A stretch of DNA of 64,000 bases from a virus. Lineage: Duplodnaviria; Caudoviricetes. Below the pieces are notes generated by a model. The model was not told the DNA's origin, did not search any database, and worked only from the letters and a program-made list of their open reading frames with translations. The stretch is taken from positions 1 to 64,000 of IMG/VR virus record IMGVR_UViG_3300039167_000005, one strand, 5' to 3'. The translations under genes were made by a program, and so were the position numbers. Shown here piece after piece: positions 1 through 9,907 of this stretch; within the stretch, counting starts at the first letter, position 1; each line of letters begins with the position of its first letter.

Positions 1-297
1 AGTGCTTCAAATGACATTCTTTCTGCTCTGCACAAGAACGACCGTACCTCTCGCAACCTTGACTGGGTTTTCCAAGTGACTCTAAAGAGCGGTGAACGTA
101 CTTTCTTCACTGCTCCGTTTGCGTACATTGAAGACTATCCTGCTAAGAGTTATAGCACCGAGGCTTCCACCGTAACTTGGAATATTGTGTGTAACGATCT
201 TCAACAGCACATCGGTGGTGCAGGCTTTGTTGATACTGATACCGAATCCACTCTGGCTGATCTTGGCTACACAGTCGATCCGTATTACGTACAATAA
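1..297 (+). CDS. Tail tube or tube-like structural protein, 5' partial
   Basis: Frame 1 is open from base 1 (SASNDILSALHKNDRT...FQVTLKSGERTFFTAPFAYIEDYPAKSYS...WNIVC). It resembles the two following tube-like genes and lies upstream of chaperone and tape measure. Confidence 0.65.
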   Translation, partial: SASNDILSALHKNDRTSRNLDWVFQVTLKSGERTFFTAPFAYIEDYPAKSYSTEASTVTWNIVCNDLQQHIGGAGFVDTDTESTLADLGYTVDPYYVQ

Positions 298-354
298 GCA
301 ATACAAGAGGGAGACTAACACTCTCCCTCATCTCTGAGGCTTTGAGGGGATACA

Positions 355-849
355 ATGTCAGATTTCTACAGTTATGCCCCTGAAGATGTAAGCATCAACA
401 TCGCGGGGATTTTCTCTGTTGAGGGTGTCGAGGCAGAAACCTTCGTAAACATTACAAAAGTTCTTCCTGTCACAGAAGCTAAGTCTACGGCTGACGGTCA
501 AGTATATAGGACAATGCGTAACGATCTAACTTACGACATCGAAATCACCTTACAACAAGGTAGTCGTACAAACGAGATTCTTACACTTCTGTACAACATT
601 GACCAAGCAAGCGGTAGAGGCAGATTCCCTCTTGCTGTCAAAGATAATAGCGGAAACTCAAGCTTCTATGCAGCAAGTGCTTGGGTACAAGAAGTACCTT
701 CTCTTTCTTTCTCCGGCACAGGACAGACTTCCAGAGTTTGGAGATTGAGAGCAACAGACGCAATTATCTATGTTGGTAGCAACTCTGCCGAAGAACATCT
801 TTCCTCTAACGTGGCAGCAATCGTTACCGCTCTAGCGGCTCTGGTGTAA
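355..849 (+). CDS. Tail tube-like virion protein (DUF3277-like)
   Basis: YAPEDVSINIAG...ITLQQGSRTNEIL...FPLAVKDNSG...AWVQEVP...WRL pattern typical of myovirus tube-fold proteins; position in tail operon. Confidence 0.6.
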   Translation: MSDFYSYAPEDVSINIAGIFSVEGVEAETFVNITKVLPVTEAKSTADGQVYRTMRNDLTYDIEITLQQGSRTNEILTLLYNIDQASGRGRFPLAVKDNSGNSSFYAASAWVQEVPSLSFSGTGQTSRVWRLRATDAIIYVGSNSAEEHLSSNVAAIVTALAALV

Positions 850-852
850 ATA

Positions 853-1320
853 ATGCAAAGAACATACAGACCTAAAGAAGTGGTATTCAACTATGCTGGT
901 GCAACCCTTGAAGGCTGGGAAGATATTACAGTAAGTCGAAACATGGAACAAGCTAGGCAAGTCCAAGGTATTTGGGGGAAGCCTACAAAGATTTCAAACT
1001 ATGCTAACACAAGTGCAACAGTAAAAATCACTGTCTCTTATGGTAGCGAAACAAACAAGATTCTAGCAATGCTTGTTGAACTAGACAGACAGATGAAGGG
1101 TGGGGTCAAGTTCAACCTATTCCTTAGAGATATGGCTGGTGACGGCATTGTCTTTGAAAGTTCAGAAGCATATTTGGAAGGAATGGCTGAGGAAAGTTGG
1201 ACCGGAAGTGCTGGTTCTAAGACTTGGACATTCTTGTGTGATACATCAAAATGGGATTTGACTTCCGAGGATACATCTAGTGATTCTCTTGTGGAGCAAT
1301 TCCTAACCCTATTTGAATGA
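853..1320 (+). CDS. Tail tube-like virion protein (paralogue)
   Basis: Same motif layout as 355-849 (YRPKEV...ITVSYGSETNKIL...LRDMAG...WTF). Confidence 0.55.
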   Translation: MQRTYRPKEVVFNYAGATLEGWEDITVSRNMEQARQVQGIWGKPTKISNYANTSATVKITVSYGSETNKILAMLVELDRQMKGGVKFNLFLRDMAGDGIVFESSEAYLEGMAEESWTGSAGSKTWTFLCDTSKWDLTSEDTSSDSLVEQFLTLFE

Positions 1321-1333
1321 TTGGAGGATTTAT

Positions 1334-1654
1334 ATGAGTGACGTTAAAACTACTACTATTGGCGCAACTACCTACACCCTAAAACTGTTTCCTGCAATGG
1401 AAGGCTGGGATATTCAAACTCGTGTTATGGAGTGCTGGCAACAAGAACGCCTTCCTACTTCTACGCTGATGTTTGATGTCATTTCTAAGGGTAGTGGTAT
1501 CGGTAGTACATCTTTTGATGAGAAGAAGTTCAACAACCACTTCCGTGGCAAGCTACAAGAGATGAACCAGCTCTTCCAAGAGATTTGTGCCTACAACTTT
1601 GGCCTTGAGGGTGAAGAAGGCCCAAACGCGGAAGACGCTTCCACCGAGGAATAA
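1334..1654 (+). CDS. Tail assembly chaperone (G-like)
   Basis: GGAGG at 1323 then ATG at 1334; sits just upstream of the tape measure gene; ends over a slippery heptamer. Confidence 0.75.
   Translation: MSDVKTTTIGATTYTLKLFPAMEGWDIQTRVMECWQQERLPTSTLMFDVISKGSGIGSTSFDEKKFNNHFRGKLQEMNQLFQEICAYNFGLEGEEGPNAEDASTEE
1621..1627 (+). other. Programmed -1 ribosomal frameshift site C CCA AAC
   Basis: X XXY YYZ heptamer in the chaperone frame. The -1 frame is closed by TGA at 1612 and then open, with no ATG start, to TAG at 1945-1947. Confidence 0.85.
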
Positions 1655-1947
1655 TTTCCAGTGGAAGCGAGCCTAAAGAGAAGGAATACAAACTAAGAGC
1701 TTCCAAAGAGAAAGTAAAAGCTATTGAAGAAAACTTTTCTGGGGATTGGAGAGTATACCGAATCATCTTCAGTACAGAAAATCCAATAGAAACTCTCTAC
1801 AATCTTAGATATAAATATCCTCTCAAAGTTGCTACAGAATACATTGAATATCTTGAAGTAAGAGATGCGTTCAAAGAGATTGCTGAAGCAGAGGCTAAAG
1901 CAGAACAAAAGGCTGAACAAGATCGGAAGAAAGCCACTAAGAGGTAG
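1621..1947 (+). CDS. -1 frame extension of tail assembly chaperone (GT-like product 1334-1947)
   Basis: Translates PKRGRRFHRGIISSGSEPKEKEYKLRASKEKVKAIEENFSGDWRVYRIIF...KKATKR*. Absent from the ORF track because it has no start codon. Confidence 0.8.
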   Translation, partial: PKRGRRFHRGIISSGSEPKEKEYKLRASKEKVKAIEENFSGDWRVYRIIFSTENPIETLYNLRYKYPLKVATEYIEYLEVRDAFKEIAEAEAKAEQKAEQDRKKATKR

Positions 1948-1952
1948 ATGGA

Positions 1953-4412
1953 ATGACAACCCCTGTAAGTGAATTTTATGCAAAGATAGGGATTGATGTA
2001 GATAAGAAATCTCTCAAGGGTGTGGATAAATTCTTTTCCGATCTTGAGAAGCGTCTAGGTGGTGTTGGTAGACCACTCACAACTAAAGGCGGGGTTGTTT
2101 CTGGATTCAAGCAACTCACCAAAGAAACACAAGCCCTTACTCGCGCCGAGAACAACAGAAGTAAAGCTAGATCAATTGCTGTAAATAAAGAGATTGCTGA
2201 GAACAACAGACTCGCTCGCTCTCGTAAGAGATTGGCTGAGACTGGTCCTGTTGTAGTGGCACAGACAGTGAGAGGAAGTAGAGCAAATCCTAGACAGTCT
2301 GCTGCTCAACAGCGTAAATCTCTGATGCAGTCTGTTCCTACAGCAGATTATATCAACAGAACATTAGGCATCTCCAGTGTTCGTGGTGGAATGTCCCGCA
2401 ATGACAGGCAGAAACAGTATGAACAACTCTTTGGATTAAACTCCAATCTTCGTAGAGTATCCAGCAGGGGTAGTACAAACAATCTGGCGGGGTTATCTAA
2501 GCTTGAATCTCAGATTAAATCTGGAGCTTATGCGAAGGCGAATAAAACCGAAGCCACCGCCGCAAATGCTCAACTTCAAGCAGCAAAGCTTCAGTTGCAA
2601 GCCGCTAACCTTGCACAGCGCACTCAACAAATTCAGGCTCGCGAGAATATCGCAAAACTGAATCTAGACAAGATCAAAGAGAGGAGGTTAATTGAGAACG
2701 AGAAGTGGGCACGCAGACAGGAAGCTCAACTACGCAGGGAGGCCGCTAGAGCTGCACGGATCAAGCGCGGAAACTACCTTGCGATGGTTGGTGCTGGTGG
2801 TGCTCTTGCCCGTTACGGCTTAGCTTCTCTCCCGTTCGTTGGTGGCATGTATGGTTTGGCTTCTCTAAACAGAGCTAACCAGACTTTGATGAGTACAGAG
2901 ATTTCCTCTGGGGCTATTTTTGGCAATCGTGCCGATGAAGCTAAGAATTGGCTCAAACAGCACTCCAATTATGTTGGTTACAATTACCTAGAAACCATGC
3001 CCATCTTTAGTCAGTTCATGGCCTCTGGTATGAACACTATGGGTTATGAGAAAAGTCTCGGAGTGTTTGAAGGTTTCTCTGAGTTTGGTAGAACTCGCGG
3101 GGCTGATAAGCTCGGTATGCAAAGAGGTCTACGCGCAATTAGTCAAATGCAGAGTAAAGGTAAGATTACAAGCGAAGAACTTCGCTTGCAGCTATCAGAA
3201 GCAACAGGTTTTGGTGAGGCTGTACCAATCTTCGCAGAAGCATGGCAAATTCTTAACGGCGGAGAGTTGAAGGGTAGTGATGCCACCGCTGCTCTGTTTA
3301 AAGCAATGGAAAAGGGAGATGTTTACTCTGACAAACTCCTACCCATTGTCGGCAAGCTGATGAAGGCTAGAGCATCAACAGGCATTGACGCCGCACGCAC
3401 ATCCTCTATTGCAGAACAAGCACGCGCAGAGAACGCTCAAACTGCACTTCTCGGGACGTTCTCTCAGAATGGTGGTGAGGCTGGCTTTGCCCGGTTCTGG
3501 CAAACAATTACGTGGGCAATGAAGGAGCTTGAGCCTCTTGTTAAAGGGATGGCAGGACTGTTTGAACGTCTAAGCGTAATCATGCAAGCCCCTGTTAGGT
3601 TGTTCGGTATGCTGGGTACTGCTGTTGGGTACCTAAATCAGCAATTTGGTTGGTCAGAAAAAAACATTGTAACTTTCGCTGCTCTTGGTACACTAATGAT
3701 GTCCAAATGGGGGAGGGTTGCTATGATGTTCACGGGTTTACTAATTGTCCTTGAGGATATTGCTTTCGGTGTGATGGGGAAGGACTCCTTGACCAAACGC
3801 TTCATGGAGTGGATTGAGGGTATCACAGGCTTTGATGTGGATAGGCAGAAAGGTATTTTCGCCCTAGCTGGTGCCCTTATGACAGCTGCTGTTGCAATGA
3901 AAGCAATCAGCTCGTTGAAGGGTGTTACGGATATACTGTCTACAGGAAAAACTGTTCCGGGAGGACCGCAGAAAGGTGGTGGTCCTAAAAGCAGTCCTCT
4001 GAGTGTAGGTAAAAAAGCCGGACTTCTGGCTGCTGCTAGTGCCTTGTTTATGGATCAGCAAGATGTATATTCACTAACTGGAGGGATTGGGCTAAATCCA
4101 GCATTATTCCAACCCATTAACTCTCTAAGCCTTGATAGCTTTCCCGAGGGTCGTGATTTCAAGTATACAGGGCTGAAATCCGTATCTTACTCAGACGTAA
4201 TGGCAGGGATTAACGAAAGTACAGTTCCTACTCCACAAGATATTCTTGGGAAAATGATTTCCGGCACCACGGCATCAAACAATGTGACGGTTCAAAATGA
4301 ATTCGTTATTAATGCCTCAGATCCCCAAGGAGTGTGGCAAGAAATCGAAGGTAAAATTGAATACTCCGTTAATAAAATGTTGAATGATGCTTATCTAGAA
4401 AGCGGAGGTTAA
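1953..4412 (+). CDS. Tape measure protein
   Basis: 819 aa, Ala/Gly-rich and helical, with a tape-measure core (GKITSEELRLQLSEA) and hydrophobic segments; follows the G/GT chaperone. Confidence 0.9.
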   Translation: MTTPVSEFYAKIGIDVDKKSLKGVDKFFSDLEKRLGGVGRPLTTKGGVVSGFKQLTKETQALTRAENNRSKARSIAVNKEIAENNRLARSRKRLAETGPVVVAQTVRGSRANPRQSAAQQRKSLMQSVPTADYINRTLGISSVRGGMSRNDRQKQYEQLFGLNSNLRRVSSRGSTNNLAGLSKLESQIKSGAYAKANKTEATAANAQLQAAKLQLQAANLAQRTQQIQARENIAKLNLDKIKERRLIENEKWARRQEAQLRREAARAARIKRGNYLAMVGAGGALARYGLASLPFVGGMYGLASLNRANQTLMSTEISSGAIFGNRADEAKNWLKQHSNYVGYNYLETMPIFSQFMASGMNTMGYEKSLGVFEGFSEFGRTRGADKLGMQRGLRAISQMQSKGKITSEELRLQLSEATGFGEAVPIFAEAWQILNGGELKGSDATAALFKAMEKGDVYSDKLLPIVGKLMKARASTGIDAARTSSIAEQARAENAQTALLGTFSQNGGEAGFARFWQTITWAMKELEPLVKGMAGLFERLSVIMQAPVRLFGMLGTAVGYLNQQFGWSEKNIVTFAALGTLMMSKWGRVAMMFTGLLIVLEDIAFGVMGKDSLTKRFMEWIEGITGFDVDRQKGIFALAGALMTAAVAMKAISSLKGVTDILSTGKTVPGGPQKGGGPKSSPLSVGKKAGLLAAASALFMDQQDVYSLTGGIGLNPALFQPINSLSLDSFPEGRDFKYTGLKSVSYSDVMAGINESTVPTPQDILGKMISGTTASNNVTVQNEFVINASDPQGVWQEIEGKIEYSVNKMLNDAYLESGG

Positions 4413-4413
4413 T

Positions 4414-5232
4414 TTGTCCATAGCAATCCGTATTGGCCAATCTGGGCAGAAAAGCTCTGCCCTTTTTTACCTAAACACTACAACAAGATATCAAATAAAC
4501 TACAGAAGTCAGACGAGTAAGTATCCTCTAGACGCTGGTGTTTCGGTTACAGACCATGTTGTAAACGAGAACCCTGTTATTCAAGTAAGTGGGATTATCA
4601 GCCCAGCAGATATTAGTATCCGCACAAGCAACCTGACTGTTCAGGGAGAAATTCCCATGAACAATAATCGCTTCTTTAGTAATAATGCCAACACTCAGAT
4701 TGAAACATTACTGGCCGGCCTAAAGAACTATCTCCCCGATGTGGCTACTCAATTTCTTTCTTCAACGAACCCTAAGCTGGATGGAGGAGAAGAGGCTAAA
4801 GATCGTATATCTGATGTGCTAGATAAGATTAAGGATTTATTCACACGACTTACATACAACAGGCGTAATCAATCTTATAACAACTCTGTAGTCCTTTGTA
4901 CATTATTTGAAATAGCCCCTCCCTCTAAAAGTTCACCGACAGGGCTTAGAAAATCTGTCCGAAATCTGGTGCTCACAGAATTTACGGGGCGTTACGAACC
5001 GGATCACGGTGATGCGCTGATTGTTGATATGACGTTTGAGCAAGTTAGGTTTGTCAATCTGCAACAAACAACAGTCCCCAGGTATGTTTCGCAAGCAATC
5101 AGCATGGAAACCGCAATTATGGCTAAGGAGACCTCAGACAAAGGACGCAGAGATATTTCTGTTGCTGCCCAGGGTTATGACTCAGGTGTGGACATTGTAA
5201 AGGAACTCTCTGTAGGAGTGCTCTCTCCATGA
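4414..5232 (+). CDS. Baseplate-associated or tube-initiator-like structural protein
   Basis: Position after tape measure; TSKYPLDAGVSVTDHVVNENPVIQVSG motif typical of these myoviruses. Confidence 0.5.
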   Translation: MSIAIRIGQSGQKSSALFYLNTTTRYQINYRSQTSKYPLDAGVSVTDHVVNENPVIQVSGIISPADISIRTSNLTVQGEIPMNNNRFFSNNANTQIETLLAGLKNYLPDVATQFLSSTNPKLDGGEEAKDRISDVLDKIKDLFTRLTYNRRNQSYNNSVVLCTLFEIAPPSKSSPTGLRKSVRNLVLTEFTGRYEPDHGDALIVDMTFEQVRFVNLQQTTVPRYVSQAISMETAIMAKETSDKGRRDISVAAQGYDSGVDIVKELSVGVLSP

Positions 5233-5561
5233 TTTCAGTAGTGCCATTGGTTCTCTTCTCAGAGCCCTCCTATGTATATTCTGTAGACTTACAAGGCGTA
5301 TCCTTTGACCTAACATTCAACTATAACGTTAGAATGCAATCTTGGTATTTGGATGTCCGTCAAACTGGTGCTGAAGATTATCTCCTGCAAGGTATCAAGA
5401 TCACTCCTGAACATGAGATCGGGCAAGGGTATCTTCTAGATGGCCTGACGGGTTATTTCCTTCTAGTACCTATTGGTAACAGTATTGAGAAGTATAAGAC
5501 AGAACCTCAAAATCTGTCAACATGGTTTAACTTTTTCTATGTATATGAAACGGAGGAATGA
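5229..5561 (+). CDS. Small baseplate protein
   Basis: 110 aa, FDLTFNYNVRMQSWYLDV pattern; overlapping starts and stops within the baseplate operon. Confidence 0.5.
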   Translation: MISVVPLVLFSEPSYVYSVDLQGVSFDLTFNYNVRMQSWYLDVRQTGAEDYLLQGIKITPEHEIGQGYLLDGLTGYFLLVPIGNSIEKYKTEPQNLSTWFNFFYVYETEE

Positions 5562-6502
5562 TGCAAGTTGGGATTATTTACTCCTTGACAGTAAGCGATA
5601 GATTGTCAGGAAGGGGTTGGGAAATAAATGATCTGAATATGTCTTTTGAAGTAACGAAGGACTCCAGCTCCACAACATCCCAATCCAATCATGCCACCAT
5701 CCGTATCTGGAACTTAGCCAGAGAAAAACAAACCCTCCTAGAAAGAGGTAAGGTGCAGGTGATCTTGAAAGTTGGATATCAACAGGAAGGGAACCTAACT
5801 TATCTCTTTTCTGGAGAAGCTGTTTCTGTAAATACCAGAAAAGAACAGGCGGATGTCATTACAGAAATCCGCGTAACTCCGATCTTTACAGAACTCTCAG
5901 ATATTCATATAAGCCACACTATTCCTGCTGGTAAGACTGTGCGAGATGTTATTAACCATATCGTTTCTAAAGTCCCTTCCATTAAGAAAGTGACTGCTCA
6001 GGGTGACTTCCTGTCGAAGACTTTGCCAGACGGTTATAGTTTAATGGGGAATCCTTACTCCCTTCTCAAACAGCTCGCTAAAGCTTATAAGCTTGATTGG
6101 AACATTGATAACGATACACTGTTTGTTGCTGATGCTGGAATGAGCTGGGAGCTGAATGTTGAGAAGGCTTATAGAATCAATCAGCTCTCTGGTTTAGTTG
6201 GCAGGCCATACAGATCAGAAGATTCCGCAGAACAGAATTCAAATAGTGCTGGCATCACATTCCAGTGTTTGCTTAATCCAAGAATTCAAGCTGGCGGGAT
6301 TATTCGTCTTGAGTATGAGGGGTTCACTGATTATTACAAAGTAGATACTGTGAGATTCAGTGGAACTTCTCACTCCCCAAGCACTTGGCTATGTGATGTG
6401 AGTTGTTCTCGTTACAGACAAGATGGAAACCACAGGTGGGCACTCCTTCTAAGGCCAGATAAAACAGGAGCGGTTAATGTCTCAACAGGTAACATTATCT
6501 AA
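5558..6502 (+). CDS. Baseplate hub protein (gp27/gpD-like)
   Basis: IRIWNL...LKVGY...LFSGE...CLLNPRIQAGGIIRL motifs; directly precedes the spike gene. Confidence 0.7.
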   Translation: MMQVGIIYSLTVSDRLSGRGWEINDLNMSFEVTKDSSSTTSQSNHATIRIWNLAREKQTLLERGKVQVILKVGYQQEGNLTYLFSGEAVSVNTRKEQADVITEIRVTPIFTELSDIHISHTIPAGKTVRDVINHIVSKVPSIKKVTAQGDFLSKTLPDGYSLMGNPYSLLKQLAKAYKLDWNIDNDTLFVADAGMSWELNVEKAYRINQLSGLVGRPYRSEDSAEQNSNSAGITFQCLLNPRIQAGGIIRLEYEGFTDYYKVDTVRFSGTSHSPSTWLCDVSCSRYRQDGNHRWALLLRPDKTGAVNVSTGNII

Positions 6503-7235
6503 AGTCTTAAAGGCTGCTAATGAGCAAAGCCTGAAGGATGTTTACACATCTATGCCGGGGGTTATTGTAACAGTCAGGGAGGATGGGAAACAACAATATC
6601 TGGACGTACTACCTGCCCTAAATATTGTGGATGAGCAAGGTAGGGTTGTGGAGCACGCCACTGTATTGAACGTTCCATTACAGCAGTTCGCCAGCATGAT
6701 GGGTGGAGTTTTAGTTCCTGTCAGGGTTGGAGACCCTTGCTGGCTTCACTTCTCTATGCGTGGTCTGGACGTGTGGAAGCGCGGTAACGGTAGAACATCT
6801 ACTCCAACAGACGATAGGCGCTTCAACCTAAACGACTGCTACGCAACAGTAGGTGTTGTCCCAATGCAGATGTCTTTACAAGATCAGGTCAAGCGTTCGT
6901 GGACTCATGATGTCAATGATGTGGTGCTATATCACAACATGGGCACTCCAGAAGAAACAGAGATTAGACTACATGTTTCTGGTGGCGTTACAGTGAATAC
7001 AAACCAGCCCGTAACAGTTAATGCTGGAGAAGTAACCATTAATAGCGAGACTATGGAAGTTAATGTGCCGGAAACAAATTGGAATGGAAACATTAATCTA
7101 ACTGGTAATCTCACAGCATCCGGTTATGTCGCAGTGCCGTCCGTTAAAGTCAATGGTATTGAAATGGCTTCTCACGTTCATAGCTACTCTTGGACTAGTA
7201 CCCCCGGTACAGCATTTACCCAGCCGGCAGTATAA
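6477..7235 (+). CDS. Baseplate central spike (gpV/Gp138-like)
   Basis: TSMPGVIV OB-fold start, PVRVGDPCWLHF, beta-helix repeats and C-terminal HVH metal-binding motif. Confidence 0.8.
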   Translation: MSQQVTLSKVLKAANEQSLKDVYTSMPGVIVTVREDGKQQYLDVLPALNIVDEQGRVVEHATVLNVPLQQFASMMGGVLVPVRVGDPCWLHFSMRGLDVWKRGNGRTSTPTDDRRFNLNDCYATVGVVPMQMSLQDQVKRSWTHDVNDVVLYHNMGTPEETEIRLHVSGGVTVNTNQPVTVNAGEVTINSETMEVNVPETNWNGNINLTGNLTASGYVAVPSVKVNGIEMASHVHSYSWTSTPGTAFTQPAV

Positions 7236-7244
7236 GGAGCAATC

Positions 7245-7622
7245 GTGGACTTATTCATGGACATTAAAGGGACTGGTGATCTTGTTTGGAACAACGGTCC
7301 GTCCCTTGTCAAATCAGATTTTCCTGACGTAGTTATTCAACGAGTTTACATTAAACTACGCACATTTACTAGTGAGTGGCTGTTCAATGAAACTTACGGT
7401 GTTGACTATCTAGGACAAATCCTCGGCAAGAAGTTAATCACTAAAGAGTTCATTGACGGGATTATTCAAGAAGCAATCCTAGATGAAGACGGAGTTTCTG
7501 AAATTTCGTACTGGGAATCTTCTCTGGATGGATTCACAAGATCGTATCAGTGTCGCTTTAAAATTAGGGACACTCAAAGACAAGCTGTTTCAGAACTTGT
7601 CACTATTAGCAATATTTTCTAA
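7245..7622 (+). CDS. Baseplate wedge or sheath initiator (gp25-like)
   Basis: IQRVYIKLRTFTSEWLFNETYGVDY pattern; located between spike and J-like gene. Confidence 0.6.
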   Translation: MDLFMDIKGTGDLVWNNGPSLVKSDFPDVVIQRVYIKLRTFTSEWLFNETYGVDYLGQILGKKLITKEFIDGIIQEAILDEDGVSEISYWESSLDGFTRSYQCRFKIRDTQRQAVSELVTISNIF

Positions 7623-7636
7623 TCAGGGGAAAAAGC

Positions 7637-9091
7637 ATGGCAGGACTAACACCGGCAGGTTTTGAACTCAAACGCCTGCCACAAATTATTAGCGAGTTGA
7701 AAGAACAATCTGTTCCAGTATTCCAAGACTTGTTAACCAACCCAGATGATGTTGTGGATACAAGCGACAGCAGTAATATTGGCAGACTTGTAAATCTTGT
7801 CAGCCCCTCTCTTACTGATCTATGGGAAGCCCTACAAGGCGTTTACAGCGCTTTCGATCCTAACTCTGCCGAAGGTATTCCCCTAAAGAATCTAGCGCAG
7901 CTAGTGGGCCTAGAGGCTCAACCAGCCACTGCTTCTTCTGTGCAGTTAGTTCTTCTGATGGATGCGGCTGCAACAGTCCCTCAAGGTTCTATTGTCAGAG
8001 CTACAGACACTGGAACTGAGTGGCAGATTAACAATAACGTAAGTGCGAACATTACAAACTACGCTGCATCTCTCATCGTTGTCCCGGCAGCAGCAGCATC
8101 GCCTCAAGATTACATCATTACGTATCGTGTTGGAACAAGCACGTCTACAATTACATTCACTTCTCCCGGTGGGCAGACACAGCGCGAAGTTGCCGAGGGT
8201 ATTAAGTTTGTAATTGACTCTGTTCATAATACCCAGCTTTCAGCATCTCTTGTTGGTAACACACTTACAATTGATAGGTTGCAACCAACATCCCCGGCAG
8301 TATTTACGATCACGAGTAATATTCAACTATCTCAAATGAAGATGGTTGTCACTGCCACGGCAACAGAAGTTGGTCCGCTGCAACAAGATGCGAATACAAT
8401 CGTATCCATCTCTACTCCCATTCTTGGTTGGCGTTCTGTAACTAACCCAAATCCTGCCATTCCGGGTAGAAATCCTGAAACAGACGAAGAACTTAGAGAT
8501 CGCTTGTTAACTTCAAGGAGTACACGAGCAATCAACTTGTGGGATTCCCTGTATTCCGCATTGCGTAATCTTGAAGGTGTATACAGTGTTAACATCGAAG
8601 AAAATGATAGTGGTGTCACAGTAAACGGCGTTCCTCCTTATTCTTATGTTGCTGTGGTGTCCGGTGGAAATGATACTGAAATTGCTCAAGAAGTTTGGAG
8701 AAATAAACCTCTAGGTATTGCTCCTCAAGGGAATACAAGCGCCATTGCAAAGGATGTTCGTGGAAGTAACCGTACCGTAAAATTCTCAAGACCTACTGAA
8801 GTGCCTATCTATATTGATCTTACTATTGTACTTGACCCCGATGTATTCCCCGGAGACGGTATCGACCAGATCAAGCAAGCGGTTATTGACTTCACAGTAG
8901 GAGCATACCAGATCGGGGACGATGTTATTTATACGCGCCTGTTCACTCCAATCAACCAAGTCAGAGGACACTATGTCAGCTCTATGACTATTGGGACAAC
9001 AGCTTCCCCTATTGGCACGTCAAATATTGCGATTGCATACGACGAGATCGCTTCTTTTAGCGCAGACAACATCACCATCACTACAACGTAA
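7637..9091 (+). CDS. Baseplate J-like wedge protein
   Basis: GRNPETDEELRDR, FSRPTEVPIYI and GDDVIYTRL motifs. Confidence 0.85.
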   Translation: MAGLTPAGFELKRLPQIISELKEQSVPVFQDLLTNPDDVVDTSDSSNIGRLVNLVSPSLTDLWEALQGVYSAFDPNSAEGIPLKNLAQLVGLEAQPATASSVQLVLLMDAAATVPQGSIVRATDTGTEWQINNNVSANITNYAASLIVVPAAAASPQDYIITYRVGTSTSTITFTSPGGQTQREVAEGIKFVIDSVHNTQLSASLVGNTLTIDRLQPTSPAVFTITSNIQLSQMKMVVTATATEVGPLQQDANTIVSISTPILGWRSVTNPNPAIPGRNPETDEELRDRLLTSRSTRAINLWDSLYSALRNLEGVYSVNIEENDSGVTVNGVPPYSYVAVVSGGNDTEIAQEVWRNKPLGIAPQGNTSAIAKDVRGSNRTVKFSRPTEVPIYIDLTIVLDPDVFPGDGIDQIKQAVIDFTVGAYQIGDDVIYTRLFTPINQVRGHYVSSMTIGTTASPIGTSNIAIAYDEIASFSADNITITTT

Positions 9092-9100
9092 GGAGGTAGT

Positions 9101-9892
9101 GTGATTAATCCAGCATTACCTTCAAAAGATTACTACCAAGAAGCTCTTTCTTGGATTACAGAGCATTATAAAGATAAGCCTGTATTCCAAAAACATCTTC
9201 AAATAATGTTTCTACAACATAGCAGCCTATTCCGAGAGATTAATAACCTTCTCCAGTATCGATCCTTGGACACAGCTCAAGGGAAACAACTAGATATCAT
9301 CGGAGACTTGGTAGGGCAACCAAGAGTTCAGGCCCAAGCTGCTTTGTACACGTTCTTTGGCTTCCTTGAGGATATTACAGCAGATACCTTTGGTGACCTA
9401 AATGACGCCTCTATTGGTGGTTTCTGGTACTCACAGGGCGCACCTCTGGGCGGGAACGTCACTCTTGACGATGATTCTTATCGAAGAATGATCAGGGCTA
9501 GAATCATTAAGAACAGTTCTAGAGGTACAACGGACGATTTCCTAACATTCTTGGACTATGTATTTGGGGATGGGAGCTTAGGGAGTAGTGGGACTTACGT
9601 TGAAACCCAGGATGTGCAGTGGTTCGGTTATGAGGGGGCTACAGATGTCTCTGGATATACAGATGGAGAGACCCCTGGTGGTATCTATTGGGACGGCGTG
9701 AGTGATCTTACTCCCACTGGAGCGCCAATTGTCTCTGTTAGATTCACGCGCCCTTTAACGCTCCTTGAAATCTGGATGCTTCACGCTCAGATTCCAGACA
9801 AGGACGGGAATCTAACCCCTTTCATGCTGAAGCCGCTTGGCATTCAACTTCTGTTCTTTGATAAGGACGGAAACCAGATCAACCCCGTTTAA
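9101..9892 (+). CDS. Baseplate wedge protein (DUF2612-like)
   Basis: LDTAQGKQLDIIGDLVG...LDDDSYRRMIRARIIKN motif. Confidence 0.7.
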   Translation: MINPALPSKDYYQEALSWITEHYKDKPVFQKHLQIMFLQHSSLFREINNLLQYRSLDTAQGKQLDIIGDLVGQPRVQAQAALYTFFGFLEDITADTFGDLNDASIGGFWYSQGAPLGGNVTLDDDSYRRMIRARIIKNSSRGTTDDFLTFLDYVFGDGSLGSSGTYVETQDVQWFGYEGATDVSGYTDGETPGGIYWDGVSDLTPTGAPIVSVRFTRPLTLLEIWMLHAQIPDKDGNLTPFMLKPLGIQLLFFDKDGNQINPV

Positions 9893-9907
9893 TCAAGAGA
9901 GAATACA

